Shown here: piece after piece, positions 36,945 to 46,448 of the stretch
Layout: the number at the start of each line of letters is the position of its first letter
Position numbering within the stretch: the first letter of the stretch is position 1
Assembly: GCA_017435525.1 (NCBI GenBank)
Contig: JAFSEW010000055.1
Coordinates: 6,722-70,721, forward strand
Direction of reading: 5' to 3'
Source: Oscillospiraceae bacterium
GTDB lineage: Bacteria; Bacillota; Clostridia; Oscillospirales; Oscillospiraceae
DNA: 64,000 nucleotides
The notes under the pieces: model-generated
The model's database searches: none
Seen by the model: the letters and a program-made list of their open reading frames with translations, nothing else
Told to the model about the DNA's origin: nothing
Position numbers and translations under genes: made by a program

Positions 36945-37350
36945 TGTAGGGGAGGGTCTTGCGTCGCCCGATACCCGGTACGATACCGAATTGATAATTG
37001 ACAATGGACAATTGACAATTATGGTATTTGCTTCGCAAAGAATTCCAAACAGATTACGGATTCTTCGACGCGCCTCCGGCTTGCTCAGAATGACAGTCAG
37101 AAGAACCGGCTTTCCTCATTCCGCTGTCGTCCTGAGCGTGGTGCCCCGCGCAGCGAATCATAAATGATCATGCTTGCCGGGGGCAAGCATACCGCAACTT
37201 ATGCACAGCGAGTCGAAGGACCCGTTCTCTCCTTGCGCAGGGTTACGGATTCTTCGACGCGCCTTCGGCTTGCTCAGAATGACAGTCAGAAGAACCGGCT
37301 TTCCTCATTCCGCTGTCATCCTGAGCAAGCGCAGCGCGCCGAAGGATCCG
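36945..37350. repeat. Mosaic REP-like cluster with nested element
   Basis: Family B plus heptamer module (inverse of 6449-6552); two tandem family A doublets, the first interrupted at 37138-37205. Confidence 0.85.
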
Positions 37351-37384
37351 TTCTCCTTGGACTTCCATACGCAGTATCGCATAC

Positions 37385-37415
37385 AAAAGGGACACACCTT
37401 CCGGTGTGTCCCTTG
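37385..37415. terminator. Terminator of blaR1
   Basis: AAAAGGGACACACC-TTCC-GGTGTGTCCCTT. Confidence 0.75.
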
Positions 37416-37421
37416 TATGGA

Positions 37422-40400
37422 TCAATCGGTAATGGCGAATTCCACAAAATAATCCCTGGTGTGGGTCCTGCCGTCACTGTCTATCAGTTGCATGGGCTTG
37501 CGCAGCACATACTGCCCCACCGGCAGCGTGCCGTAGGGGGCAAGGCTTCCGGGAATCACCAGCTCCCCATCCGGCGCAACATGATACAGCACGCTGTCCC
37601 AGGCCATGAGGGGCTCCGCGTAGTCATAGCCCAGCACATTGCGCATATAGCTGCCCAGGGAAATGATTTCTCCGTTGTGCAGCGCAAGAACCTCATATTC
37701 AGCGGAAGAGGTGACGGTACCGGCTACGGTTTGGGCCGCGGCAGAATGGGAAATCACAATGTCAAAGGCATCGGCGGATTGGAAGGTTACATCCAAAGAG
37801 ATGCCCCATTCCTCCGGGCTATTGCGGTATACCACAAACACCCTCTCTACAATTCCGTTTTCGTCATAGCCGAACACAATACTTTCATAGCTGTCCGGCA
37901 CAGGGTAGATATCTCCATGGAAGCTATGAACCACAGCATCCGGCTCGCCCCAGTAGCCATGCACCGCCTCCTGGGACATGCCGACAAAGGAAGCTGTCTG
38001 CTGTTGCTCCACCAGCGCCGCCACTTCCGGCAAGGTAAGCGAATAGGTGATATAGGGTATTTCCGGAATCCTGTAATCTTCGGATGCGTAAGAAATCAGC
38101 GCACCTTCCTGCTCCGGATTCTGCCGCAGATACATCCCGGCACCTACCAAAGATGCGGTGTAGTGTCTGTTGGCCCCGTCAGGGCTGCCGCCTTCCAGAT
38201 AGATATTTCCCTGATAAATCAGGACCTCTCCCTGCATGACGGAAAAGAGAATCTTCGCCGAGGAAGCAATCATTCCGTCTTCATTCACAGGCGACCAGTA
38301 CAGCGCGCAGCCTTCCTTGTAGTCCATAACCGTACCGGCAGTGCTGCCGGGGGTATCCCAGGGCACCAGCCTGCCTGCGTCGCAGCTGGCCCGGATTTCT
38401 GTGTAGGGCATTTCAAATTCAAAGCGGAATACGGGCAGCCGGGAACTGACAGCAGGCATAAATTCCCATTGGGCAAAGCCCATGGAAGCTTCCGGCACAA
38501 GCTGATAAATGCTCCAGATGTATGTCCCTACCTGCTGATCTGCGGACAGCTCCACAAGCCAGATGCTGTCGTCCAGATTCAGCAGGAACTTGGTATCCGT
38601 CAGGGGCTGATAGCGGATATTTGTAAAGCGGCTGCTGAGCTTTTCGATGGAATTGAAGCCATCCGGCCGGTAGAGCGCTGCCCATTCTTCGTCGGTGTAG
38701 GGGAACTCCTGCCATTCCCACTTGGCTACCTGAATCGTGTCGCTGAAAGGTGTACCTGTGCGATGCACGGTGGTAAAGCGGTTTTCGCCGATGAGATACT
38801 TGCACCCGGAATCGCCGCCCATGGCTGCATAGGAGCTGAGGGGATTCATGTAGATGCATTGGTAAGGCACATAGGTAGTGCCGGGAACAAGGGGGCTGCA
38901 TGGCTGCGCGGGGGAATCCGTAACTTTCCAGCGGAGATAGCCGTCCTGGTAGAGCAGCTTCCCGTAGGAAACCAATTCCTGGGTGCCGTGGGTCCGTTTT
39001 TCCACATACAGGCAGCCGTCGGAATTATTCAGGCGCAGGTAGTAGTCATAGTAGCCCCGGTTTTCCAGGGTGTAGCTGCTGCTCTTGGCGTAGTCATACA
39101 CCACTACCCGGTTGTCGATAAGCCCGGAGCCGAAGCTCAGCTGGGCACAGATCTCCGGCAGACCGTCCCCGGTCAGGTCGGTAAAATACGCGTTCCAAAT
39201 GGGCATACCGGCGATCAGTTCCGTTTCGCTGCCATTGTGGACAGCCGTAATTGCATAGGGCGTATATTGGAAGGTGACACCCGGCAATTCCTCCAGCCGG
39301 ATTTCCAGGGTATCCTCATAAGACATCCCGGAATGATCCTGCGCGTAATCGAACCACTTCACCACAGCCGCGGCGGTTTCTTCCGGGGCAGAAGAAAAAC
39401 GGGCGAAAAATGCGTTCAGCGTTTCACTTTTAATGCGGCAATGTGTGCTGTTCAACGCTGCAGCGGTAGCGGAATCAAAATGAAAGACCGTGTATTCGCC
39501 ATCCCAGTGCAGCAGAATTTCGGTGCTGCCGCAATAGACCATGACGGATACATCCCGCTCCGTGCCCCGGTCAGGGTGAAAATCCTGTTCATCCAGCCCC
39601 TTCAGAATTTCCATAAGTTCAGAAATCCGCGCTTTGTCCAAGGAAATGTGGGTGGGTTCCTCTTCCCAGATGCTAATCTGTACCCACTGCACATCTTCGG
39701 CAGACAAGGGATCCAGAATTTGTTTCGGTGTTTTCACATTTGGATCTGTCAGGAAGCACACTGCCACCGCAGCGCACACCAGCACGGCGGCCAGCACGAT
39801 CCAGAATCCGGGCTTCTTGTAATGCATAATGCGTGTGATCCTTTCTTTCACGCCTGTTTCCCCAAAGGCAAGGGGGCAGGCGGCGATGCGGCGGCGGTGG
39901 ATGCTGCAGTGCAGCAGGGCAGTGGAGTAGGCGCGTACCTGCTCCTTTTCCATGTGACGAATCACCTTCTCATCGCAGGCGGCTTCAATATCCCGGCATA
40001 GCAGGATATAGGCAACCCACATCACCGGGTTGAACCAATGCACGCTCAGCAGCGCAAATCCGATAGGCTTCCACCAGTGATCCTTCCGGCGGATATGGGC
40101 CCGCTCATGGGCAATGACATTGGCGGTATCAGAATCTCCCAGCTGATAGGGCAGATAAATTCTCGGCTTGATAATACCCAGAACAAACGGGGATTCCGCC
40201 TGTTCGCACTGCCAGATATTCTCCCGCAGCCGCGTGGCTTCTTTCATTTTCCGCTTCAGGGCGTAATAGCTTACCCCGGTATAGGCCAGCATCCCCAGCA
40301 TTCCTGCCAGCCACACCCAGCTGAGAATGGGGTATACGGTGTTTTCTACGGTTTTCGGCGCCTCCAGGGAATTCTTTTCCGTCACCACATAGTAGCTGCC

Positions 40401-40718
40401 GCCGGAATACACAGGCTGCCGCCCCGCGTCCACAGCGGCGCTGTAGCCTGCATTGCTTTCATAGAGAACATCCACTTCTCCTACATAGCCGCTGCCCACA
40501 TCCTGAAGCACCTGTCCGCTGGAAAGACTGTCGGGCATCAGAGAGAAGCGGCTTTCCATGGAGACAGGGCAAATCAGCCGCAGGGCCACCACGCCCCATA
40601 GCAGGCACAGCAGCCATTTGGGTGCCTTCCGCAGCGCAAGCCGCAGCGCCATCACCGCCAGGGCGAATACAGAACCCGTTAGGCTCAGCCGGACCAATTC
40701 AAGAAAAAGCGCTTGCAT
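37422..40718 (-). CDS. M56 (BlaR1-type) peptidase with long non-PBP extracellular region
   Basis: SPFVLG, HERAH (HExxH), HWFNP, EAACD, KERI; ~770 aa C-terminal region without a recognisable penicillin-binding domain. Confidence 0.9.
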   Translation of the reverse strand: MQALFLELVRLSLTGSVFALAVMALRLALRKAPKWLLCLLWGVVALRLICPVSMESRFSLMPDSLSSGQVLQDVGSGYVGEVDVLYESNAGYSAAVDAGRQPVYSGGSYYVVTEKNSLEAPKTVENTVYPILSWVWLAGMLGMLAYTGVSYYALKRKMKEATRLRENIWQCEQAESPFVLGIIKPRIYLPYQLGDSDTANVIAHERAHIRRKDHWWKPIGFALLSVHWFNPVMWVAYILLCRDIEAACDEKVIRHMEKEQVRAYSTALLHCSIHRRRIAACPLAFGETGVKERITRIMHYKKPGFWIVLAAVLVCAAVAVCFLTDPNVKTPKQILDPLSAEDVQWVQISIWEEEPTHISLDKARISELMEILKGLDEQDFHPDRGTERDVSVMVYCGSTEILLHWDGEYTVFHFDSATAAALNSTHCRIKSETLNAFFARFSSAPEETAAAVVKWFDYAQDHSGMSYEDTLEIRLEELPGVTFQYTPYAITAVHNGSETELIAGMPIWNAYFTDLTGDGLPEICAQLSFGSGLIDNRVVVYDYAKSSSYTLENRGYYDYYLRLNNSDGCLYVEKRTHGTQELVSYGKLLYQDGYLRWKVTDSPAQPCSPLVPGTTYVPYQCIYMNPLSSYAAMGGDSGCKYLIGENRFTTVHRTGTPFSDTIQVAKWEWQEFPYTDEEWAALYRPDGFNSIEKLSSRFTNIRYQPLTDTKFLLNLDDSIWLVELSADQQVGTYIWSIYQLVPEASMGFAQWEFMPAVSSRLPVFRFEFEMPYTEIRASCDAGRLVPWDTPGSTAGTVMDYKEGCALYWSPVNEDGMIASSAKILFSVMQGEVLIYQGNIYLEGGSPDGANRHYTASLVGAGMYLRQNPEQEGALISYASEDYRIPEIPYITYSLTLPEVAALVEQQQTASFVGMSQEAVHGYWGEPDAVVHSFHGDIYPVPDSYESIVFGYDENGIVERVFVVYRNSPEEWGISLDVTFQSADAFDIVISHSAAAQTVAGTVTSSAEYEVLALHNGEIISLGSYMRNVLGYDYAEPLMAWDSVLYHVAPDGELVIPGSLAPYGTLPVGQYVLRKPMQLIDSDGRTHTRDYFVEFAITD

Positions 40719-40730
40719 AATGGCACCTCC

Positions 40731-41081
40731 TTACCCCTGGATGATGCGCTGGATTTCGGCAATTTCCTCATCAGAGAGTGCCTGCCGCTTGCCGAAGGCG
40801 GCAATAAAGGCAGGCAGAGACCCCTCAAAGGTCTTGGCCACAAATTCGTCCAGCTCTGCCGCCTGAATCTGATCCTTGGAGAACAGGGATGTGACTATTT
40901 TGTTTTCCACTTTCAGTACGCCCCGTTCTTCCAGCCGCTTCATCACGGTGTAGGCGGTGGTTTCCTTCCAGCCCAATCTCTCCTTACAAAGCCGCACCAG
41001 CTCCGGGCTGCGGATGGGCTCTTTTTCCCACATAATCAGGCAAAAGCGGTACTCGCTTTCATGAATCTTCGGTGTGTTCAT
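40731..41081 (-). CDS. blaI: BlaI/MecI/CopY family repressor
   Basis: ESEYRF..MW, W..TTAYTVMKRL..RG, FEGSLPAFIAAF, LSDEEI. Confidence 0.92.
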   Translation of the reverse strand: MNTPKIHESEYRFCLIMWEKEPIRSPELVRLCKERLGWKETTAYTVMKRLEERGVLKVENKIVTSLFSKDQIQAAELDEFVAKTFEGSLPAFIAAFGKRQALSDEEIAEIQRIIQG

Positions 41082-41096
41082 AGTGTACCTCCTTTT

Positions 41097-41149
41097 CTCT
41101 ACTCCAGTAGAGATGTAATAATTCTACTACAGTAGAGGAAAAATGTCAA
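41097..41149 (-). promoter_or_regulatory. blaI promoter with two BlaI-type operators
   Basis: TTGACA-17-TAGAAT overlapped by CTACTACAGTAG, with CTACTCCAGTAG just downstream. Confidence 0.8.
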
Positions 41150-41158
41150 GAGAAAAAG

Positions 41159-41470
41159 CGGATTCTTCGACGCGCCTTCGGCTTGCTCAGAATGACACGA
41201 TGAACGGGGAAAGCCCACAAGTCTTATCCGTCGTCCTGAGCAAGCGCAGCGCGCCGAAGGACCCGTTCCATACGCAGTACCGAATTCCATTGTAGGGCGG
41301 GGGCTTGCTCCCGCCGCGCAGTAGCTATTTCCCTCGCAGCATTGATTCCCGGCGAATCCGCATCCACCCTCCCCTACATAGATACTCCGTAGGGGAGGGT
41401 CTTGACCCTCCCGCCGAATTCCATACGCAGCATCGAATTGCACCGTAGGGGCTTATCAATCGCGCGTCCG
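41159..41470. repeat. REP-like cluster (family A doublet plus several family B)
   Basis: GGATTCTTCGACGCG..., TGTAGGGCGGGGGC..., GTAGGGGAGGGTCTTGACCCTCCCG. Confidence 0.8.
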
Positions 41471-41590
41471 CAACCCACGATACCTGGGCGTAACTCCCAC
41501 CGGATGGTGGATTCGATTTGCATTTTTGCCCGATGCCCAAAAATAAAGGAAGCCACCAGTGTTTGCACTGGTGGCTTGCTGTGTAAAAAA

Positions 41591-41938
41591 CTATTGCGCG
41601 TTTGTTTTTGCAGTGTTGATCGACGAAATTAGAATCCGTTTGATCTCAATACACCGTTCCAGGATAGACTTGTCGTTGTAATAGCCGCTCTCGATCAGTA
41701 ATTCCAGCCAATATTCGCTTTCAGAACATTCCTTTAAAGCAATTTGCAACTTGGCAATAAAATCAGCCTTGCCATGTGCGTAGAAAGCTTCCCGAATATT
41801 GGCACCGATGCTTGTACCGGAGCGAACCAGCTGATTGGTCAGAATACTTTCTTTTTGATTGCGTTTGATTTCATTGCAAACACGAATAATCTCCAAGGCA
41901 AATGCCTTAGACTTTGCAAGCAAAGGACTGTCTGCCAT
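41591..41938 (-). CDS. Four-helix-bundle protein (23S rRNA IVP/TIGR02436-like)
   Basis: QLVRSGTSIGANIREA, DFIAKLQIALKECSESEYWLELL; GAGGTGA RBS. Confidence 0.92.
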   Translation of the reverse strand: MADSPLLAKSKAFALEIIRVCNEIKRNQKESILTNQLVRSGTSIGANIREAFYAHGKADFIAKLQIALKECSESEYWLELLIESGYYNDKSILERCIEIKRILISSINTAKTNAQ

Positions 41939-41999
41939 TATAATCACCTCACGAAAAGAATAATCTTATTATAGAGGTAACAGGTCGGATTCGCAATAC

Positions 42000-42118
42000 T
42001 TATTCACTCTTCACTATTACTTATTACTTTCCAAAACACCTGAACGCGTTTTTAGTGAAAAGTGAATAGTGAAGAGGTAAAAAGTAAAACACCTGAACGC
42101 GTTCGCATTCAGGTGTTT
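42000..42118. repeat. Heptamer-built hairpin copy 1 plus adjacent terminator
   Basis: TTATTCACTCTTCACTATTACTTATTACTTT...TTTAGTGAAAAGTGAATAGTGAAGAGGTAAAAAG, then CACCTGAA/TTCAGGTG hairpin. Confidence 0.8.
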
Positions 42119-42244
42119 TGGCAGTTTTGAACCTAATCTATTTTTTCGTTAGGTTTTTGACGGTGCGAAAATCAAAAAAACCTAGAGCCGCAACGGTTTT
42201 AAGTTTTTGGTAGCTGCAAAAAAATGGTCGTTTTTGCTTTTGAA

Positions 42245-42970
42245 CTAAATATATGTTTCGAGATTGTATGGATAAAAGCAATCAAAGATATTTCCCCAGG
42301 AGTCAACCCAGCAAGGAATATAGCCTGCACGGGCAGCGACCATCTGAGAACCGATATTTGTAATGGATGCAGAATAGAATGGTACAGCACCTTTGCTAAG
42401 AATTTCGGATGTCAATTTGCGCACCATGGCAGTGGCTAGTCCCTGGTTTCGGAAAGCGGGAAGAACATCGATTCCCACTTCCCACAAGTTGTCATATGCA
42501 ATACTGGCACCGGCGACGGCGGCAACGGCATCGCCCCTATATGCGACGAAAGCGATTGCAGAGTTTGTGTGACCGTTATCATCAAAAACCAGGGAATTAT
42601 CAAAACCGGTGATATCGGAGAGATTGTTGATATCTTCTCCCTGGAAAAGTGAGTATGTAAAACCGTCAGGCAGAGCGGGGTCAGATATGCTACTAAGATC
42701 TGGGATATAGTGGATTGTTTGCCCATATATCAACGGACATTCAAATAGTTCATCTCTGCTTTTGTTTTCCAGAAGGCTGACCGCCTTGCTATATAAATTA
42801 GGAGAGGCGGCAACAACAACGGAATTTCCACAGATAACAATCTTGAGAAAAGGTTCTTTGACATTACAAACGGAAAAAGTCGTTTCCTCCCTTGTGAAAT
42901 CTGCAACCTCGCATTCCATAAGTTGTGCGAGGTACTCATAAATTATATTCAATATATCAACTTTAGTCAT
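42245..42970 (-). CDS. GNAT family acetyltransferase
   Basis: WEVGIDVLPAFRNQGLA, PFYS, NIGSQ; GAGGTGA RBS and TTGCAA-17-TATAAT promoter fix the start at 42970. Confidence 0.85.
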   Translation of the reverse strand: MTKVDILNIIYEYLAQLMECEVADFTREETTFSVCNVKEPFLKIVICGNSVVVAASPNLYSKAVSLLENKSRDELFECPLIYGQTIHYIPDLSSISDPALPDGFTYSLFQGEDINNLSDITGFDNSLVFDDNGHTNSAIAFVAYRGDAVAAVAGASIAYDNLWEVGIDVLPAFRNQGLATAMVRKLTSEILSKGAVPFYSASITNIGSQMVAARAGYIPCWVDSWGNIFDCFYPYNLETYI

Positions 42971-43031
42971 AGGTATCACCTCAAAAAGGATATGTTTATT
43001 ATAGGGGTGAAATGTTGGTTTTGCAATATAC

Positions 43032-43154
43032 TTATTCACTATTCACTATTACTTATTACTTTCCAAAAATCGCCGGGTGGATTTTAGTGAAGAGTGAATA
43101 GGTAATAGTGAAGAAGTAAAAATCGCCAATCTTCTGTCGAAGATCGGCGATTTT
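43032..43154. repeat. Heptamer-built hairpin copy 2 plus tRNA terminator
   Basis: TTATTCACTATTCACTATTACTTATTACTTT...TTTAGTGAAGAGTGAATAGGTAATAGTGAAG, then AAAATCGCC/GGCGATTTT hairpin. Confidence 0.8.
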
Positions 43155-43239
43155 TGGTGGGGGATGGTGGATTCGAACCACCGAAGGCATAGCCAGCAGA
43201 TTTACAGTCTGTCCCCTTTGGCCACTCGGGAAATCCCCC
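43155..43239 (-). tRNA. tRNA-Tyr(GTA)
   Basis: GGGGGAT/ATCCCCC acceptor, CAGACTGTAAATCTG anticodon arm, long variable arm, GGTTCGAATCC, encoded CCA. Confidence 0.97.
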
Positions 43240-43258
43240 ATATTCACTTCTGTCTGAA

Positions 43259-43334
43259 TGGAGCCGGTAGACGGACTCGAACCCCCGACCTACTGATTAC
43301 AAATCAGTTGCTCTACCAACTGAGCTATACCGGC
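43259..43334 (-). tRNA. tRNA-Thr(TGT)
   Basis: GCCGGT acceptor, CTGATTTGTAATCAG anticodon arm, GGTTCGAGTC, encoded CCA. Confidence 0.97.
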
Positions 43335-43354
43335 GGCTCAAACAGAACACGCTT

Positions 43355-43383
43355 ATTATAGCGACGACTATGTGAAATGTCAA
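43355..43383 (-). promoter_or_regulatory. Consensus sigma-A promoter of tRNA operon
   Basis: TTGACA-17-TATAAT. Confidence 0.85.
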
Positions 43384-43420
43384 GAACTTTTTTGCTTTTT
43401 TCAAAAAATTTTCGTGGGAT

Positions 43421-43540
43421 ACGGATCCTTCGACTGCGCGCCTTTGGCGCTTCGCTCAGGATGACAGAGAAAACCTGTTCCCTTGCGTGTCATTCTGAGC
43501 GAACCCTGAGCGAAGTCGAAGGGGGAGCCGAAGAATCCGT
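43421..43540. repeat. Family A inverted doublet
   Basis: GGATCCTTCG..CTCAGGATGACA and GTCATTCTGAGC..GAAGAATCC. Confidence 0.8.
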
Positions 43541-43571
43541 ATTCTCTGCAATGACGCAGCTGCAAATTAAG

Positions 43572-43606
43572 AAAACAGTGGCCGGTTCTTGCGAACCGGC
43601 CACTGT
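43572..43606 (-). terminator. ileS terminator
   Basis: AAAACAGTGGCCGGTTC/GAACCGGCCACTGT. Confidence 0.8.
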
Positions 43607-43611
43607 GCGTA

Positions 43612-46401
43612 TTACATCTCAATATCCATCTTGCTGATGACGGCGGCGCAGCGCTTGCACAGGCCGTTTTCGTCGGCTTCGGTGGAGTGCATCCAGCAGC
43701 GGGGGCACTTCTGGCCCAGGGCTTCACTGATGCCGATGGTCAGGCCGGGGAAGTTGCTGCCCTGGCCAACCAGTGCGCCCTCGGGAGCGGCTTCCCAATT
43801 GCAGGCAGACACGATGCACACCTCAGCCAGATTCACATCTGCGCAGGCGGCCTTCAGTGCTTCGTCGTCGGTGGACAGGCTGACTCTGGCTTCCAGAGCC
43901 TTACCGATGCGCTTGTCGGCGCGGGCCAGCTCCAGAACGCCGTTGACATCCTGACGCAGCTTCATGACGGTATCCCACTTGGCCATGGCAGCCTCGTCCA
44001 GGCAGTAGGCCTCGAAGTTCTCGGGCATCTGGTTCAGCAGGACATTCCGGGCATCGTCGCAATCCCGATGGGGCATTGCCTGCCAGATTTCATCGCAGGT
44101 GAAGGCCAGAATGGGAGCGAACAGCTTGGCCATGGCGTCCAGAATCAGGAACAGGGCGCTCTGAGCGCTGCGGCGGCGGTTGCCCTCGGCTTCTTCACAG
44201 TACAGGCGATCCTTCAGGATATCCAGGTAGAAGGAGCTCAGCTCCACCACGCAGAAATCGTTCATGGCGTGGGTGATGTTGTGGAATTCGTAGCCGTTGT
44301 AGGCCTTGCGGACGCTCTTCACCAGCTGGTCCAGCTTGGTCAGTGCCCACTTATCCAGCTCTTCCATATCGGCAGCGGCCACCAGGTTGTTGGGATCGAA
44401 GCCATTCAGGTTGCCCAGGCAGTAGCGGGCGGTGTTGCGGAACTTCAGGTAGTTCTGAGCGATCTGCTTGAAGATCTCCTTGGAGCAGCGGACATCTGCG
44501 TGATAGTCGGAAGAAGCAGCCCACAGTCTTACGATGTCGGCGCCGAAGTCCTTGATCAGGTCAGCGGGATCAACGCCGTTGCCCAGGCTTTTGTGCATGG
44601 CGCGGCCCTGACCGTCCACCACCCAGCCGTGGGTCAGAACCTGCTTGAAGGGAGCGCCCTGATCCAGTGCGCCCACGGAGGTCAGAAGGGAAGACTGGAA
44701 CCAGCCGCGGTACTGGTCGGCACCTTCCAGGTACACATCAGCGGGCCACAGCTCGGGGGTGTCCTTCATCAGGGAAGCGAAGTGGGTGGAGCCGGAGTCA
44801 AACCAGCAGTCCAGGGTATCGGTCTCCTTGGAGAATTCCTTGCCGCCGCAGTGGGGGCAGGTGAAGCCATCGGGAACCAGCTCCATGGCTTCCTTTTCGA
44901 ACCATGCGTTGGAGCCGAATTCGTCGAAGAGCTTGGAAATCTTTTCAATGGAGGCGGGGGTGGAAACAGGCTTGCCGCAGCTTTCGCAGTAGAACACGGG
45001 GATGGGCAGACCCCAACGGCGCTGACGGCTGATGCACCAGTCGGCACGCTCGCGGATCATGCTCACCATGCGGTCCTCGCCCCAGGCGGGGAACCACTGC
45101 ACATTCTCAATGGCAGCCACGGCCTGATCCTTGAAAGATTCCACAGAGCAGAACCACTGGGGAGTAGCCCGGAAGATAACGGGCTTCTTGCAGCGGTCGT
45201 GGTGGGGGTAGGAGTGGATGATCTCTTCGGAGGCAAACAGCATACCGGATGCTTCCATGTCGGCCTTGATCACAGGATTGGATTCTTCGGTCTTCATGCC
45301 GGCGTACTTGCCTGCATAGTCGGTGTGGCGGCCGTAGTCATCCACGGGCACCACCAGCTCCATGCCGTAGCGCATGCAGGTCTGGTAGTCGTCAGCACCG
45401 AAGCCGGGAGCGGTGTGGACACAGCCGGTACCGGAGTCCATGGTAACATACTCGGCGTTGACCAGGCGGGAGGTCTTGTCCAGGAAGGGATGCTTAGCCA
45501 GCATGTTCTCGAAGAACTGGCCGGGGTAGCGGGCCAGGACTTCGTAAGCTTCGAAGCCGCCCATCTTCATGGTCTTCTCCATCAGAGCTTCGGCCATGAT
45601 GTAGGTCTCGCCGTTTTCAGCTTTTACCAGCACATAGGTGTCACGGGGATGCAGGCAGATGCCCATGTTGCCGGGGAGGGTCCAGATGGTGGTGGTCCAG
45701 ATCACGAAGAACAGCTTGCTCTGATCAAACTGCCCCAGCTTGCCCAGATCATCGGCCATGGGGAACTTCACATACACGGAGGTACAGGGATCGTCCTTGT
45801 ACTCGATATCAGCTTCTGCCACAGCGGTGGCGCAGAAGGGGCACCAGGTAACGGGCTTCAGGCCCTTGTAGATAAAGCCCTTGTCAAACATCCGGCCGAA
45901 GACCTTCACTTCCTGGGCTTCAAAATGCTTGTCCATGGTGCGATAGGGATGCTCCCAGTCGCCCACCACGCCCAGACGCTTGAAGCCGCCCATCTGCTTC
46001 TGGATAAAGTCCTCAGCAAAATCGGTGCAGGCGCTGCGGAACTCAGGCACGGTCATGTCCTTGTTCAGCTTCTTCTTGGAAGTCTCGATGGCCCGCTCGA
46101 TGGGCAGGCCGTGGTTATCCCAGCCGGGAACATAGGGGGTGTAGTGACCCATCATAGCCTGGCTGCGGACGATAAAGTCCTTCAAGGTCTTGTTCAGGGC
46201 ATGACCCATGTGGATGAAGCCATTGGAGAAGGGAGGGCCGTCATGGAGAACAAAGGGGGGCAGATCCTTGTTCTTTTCCAGCATAGCATTGTAAAGATCC
46301 TGCTCCTGCCAGCGCTCCAGCATACCCGGCTCCCGCTGGGGAAGACCGGCCTTCATGGGAAAGTCGGTTTTCGGGGTGATAATGGTGTTTTTGTATTCCA
46401 T
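43612..46401 (-). CDS. ileS: Isoleucine--tRNA ligase
   Basis: HDGPP, HMGH, GTGCVHTAPG, DWCISRQRRWG, AMHKS, C-terminal CPRC..CKRC. Confidence 0.98.
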   Translation of the reverse strand: MEYKNTIITPKTDFPMKAGLPQREPGMLERWQEQDLYNAMLEKNKDLPPFVLHDGPPFSNGFIHMGHALNKTLKDFIVRSQAMMGHYTPYVPGWDNHGLPIERAIETSKKKLNKDMTVPEFRSACTDFAEDFIQKQMGGFKRLGVVGDWEHPYRTMDKHFEAQEVKVFGRMFDKGFIYKGLKPVTWCPFCATAVAEADIEYKDDPCTSVYVKFPMADDLGKLGQFDQSKLFFVIWTTTIWTLPGNMGICLHPRDTYVLVKAENGETYIMAEALMEKTMKMGGFEAYEVLARYPGQFFENMLAKHPFLDKTSRLVNAEYVTMDSGTGCVHTAPGFGADDYQTCMRYGMELVVPVDDYGRHTDYAGKYAGMKTEESNPVIKADMEASGMLFASEEIIHSYPHHDRCKKPVIFRATPQWFCSVESFKDQAVAAIENVQWFPAWGEDRMVSMIRERADWCISRQRRWGLPIPVFYCESCGKPVSTPASIEKISKLFDEFGSNAWFEKEAMELVPDGFTCPHCGGKEFSKETDTLDCWFDSGSTHFASLMKDTPELWPADVYLEGADQYRGWFQSSLLTSVGALDQGAPFKQVLTHGWVVDGQGRAMHKSLGNGVDPADLIKDFGADIVRLWAASSDYHADVRCSKEIFKQIAQNYLKFRNTARYCLGNLNGFDPNNLVAAADMEELDKWALTKLDQLVKSVRKAYNGYEFHNITHAMNDFCVVELSSFYLDILKDRLYCEEAEGNRRRSAQSALFLILDAMAKLFAPILAFTCDEIWQAMPHRDCDDARNVLLNQMPENFEAYCLDEAAMAKWDTVMKLRQDVNGVLELARADKRIGKALEARVSLSTDDEALKAACADVNLAEVCIVSACNWEAAPEGALVGQGSNFPGLTIGISEALGQKCPRCWMHSTEADENGLCKRCAAVISKMDIEM

Positions 46402-46448
46402 GGGAATGTTACCTCCGTATAATGTTCAAATTTAAAGAATTTCTACAA

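Larger units (their letters stand above)
41502..43176. mobile_element. Integrase-less low-GC mini-island at tRNA-Tyr 3' end
   Basis: 15-bp direct repeat GGATGGTGGATTCGA at 41502-41516 and 43162-43176 (tRNA T-arm/acceptor); AT-richer interior. Confidence 0.6.

Noticed and set aside
41591-41938. Four-helix-bundle gene as DGR Avd or a 23S rRNA intervening sequence
   Set aside because: No reverse transcriptase, TR/VR pair or rRNA in the window.
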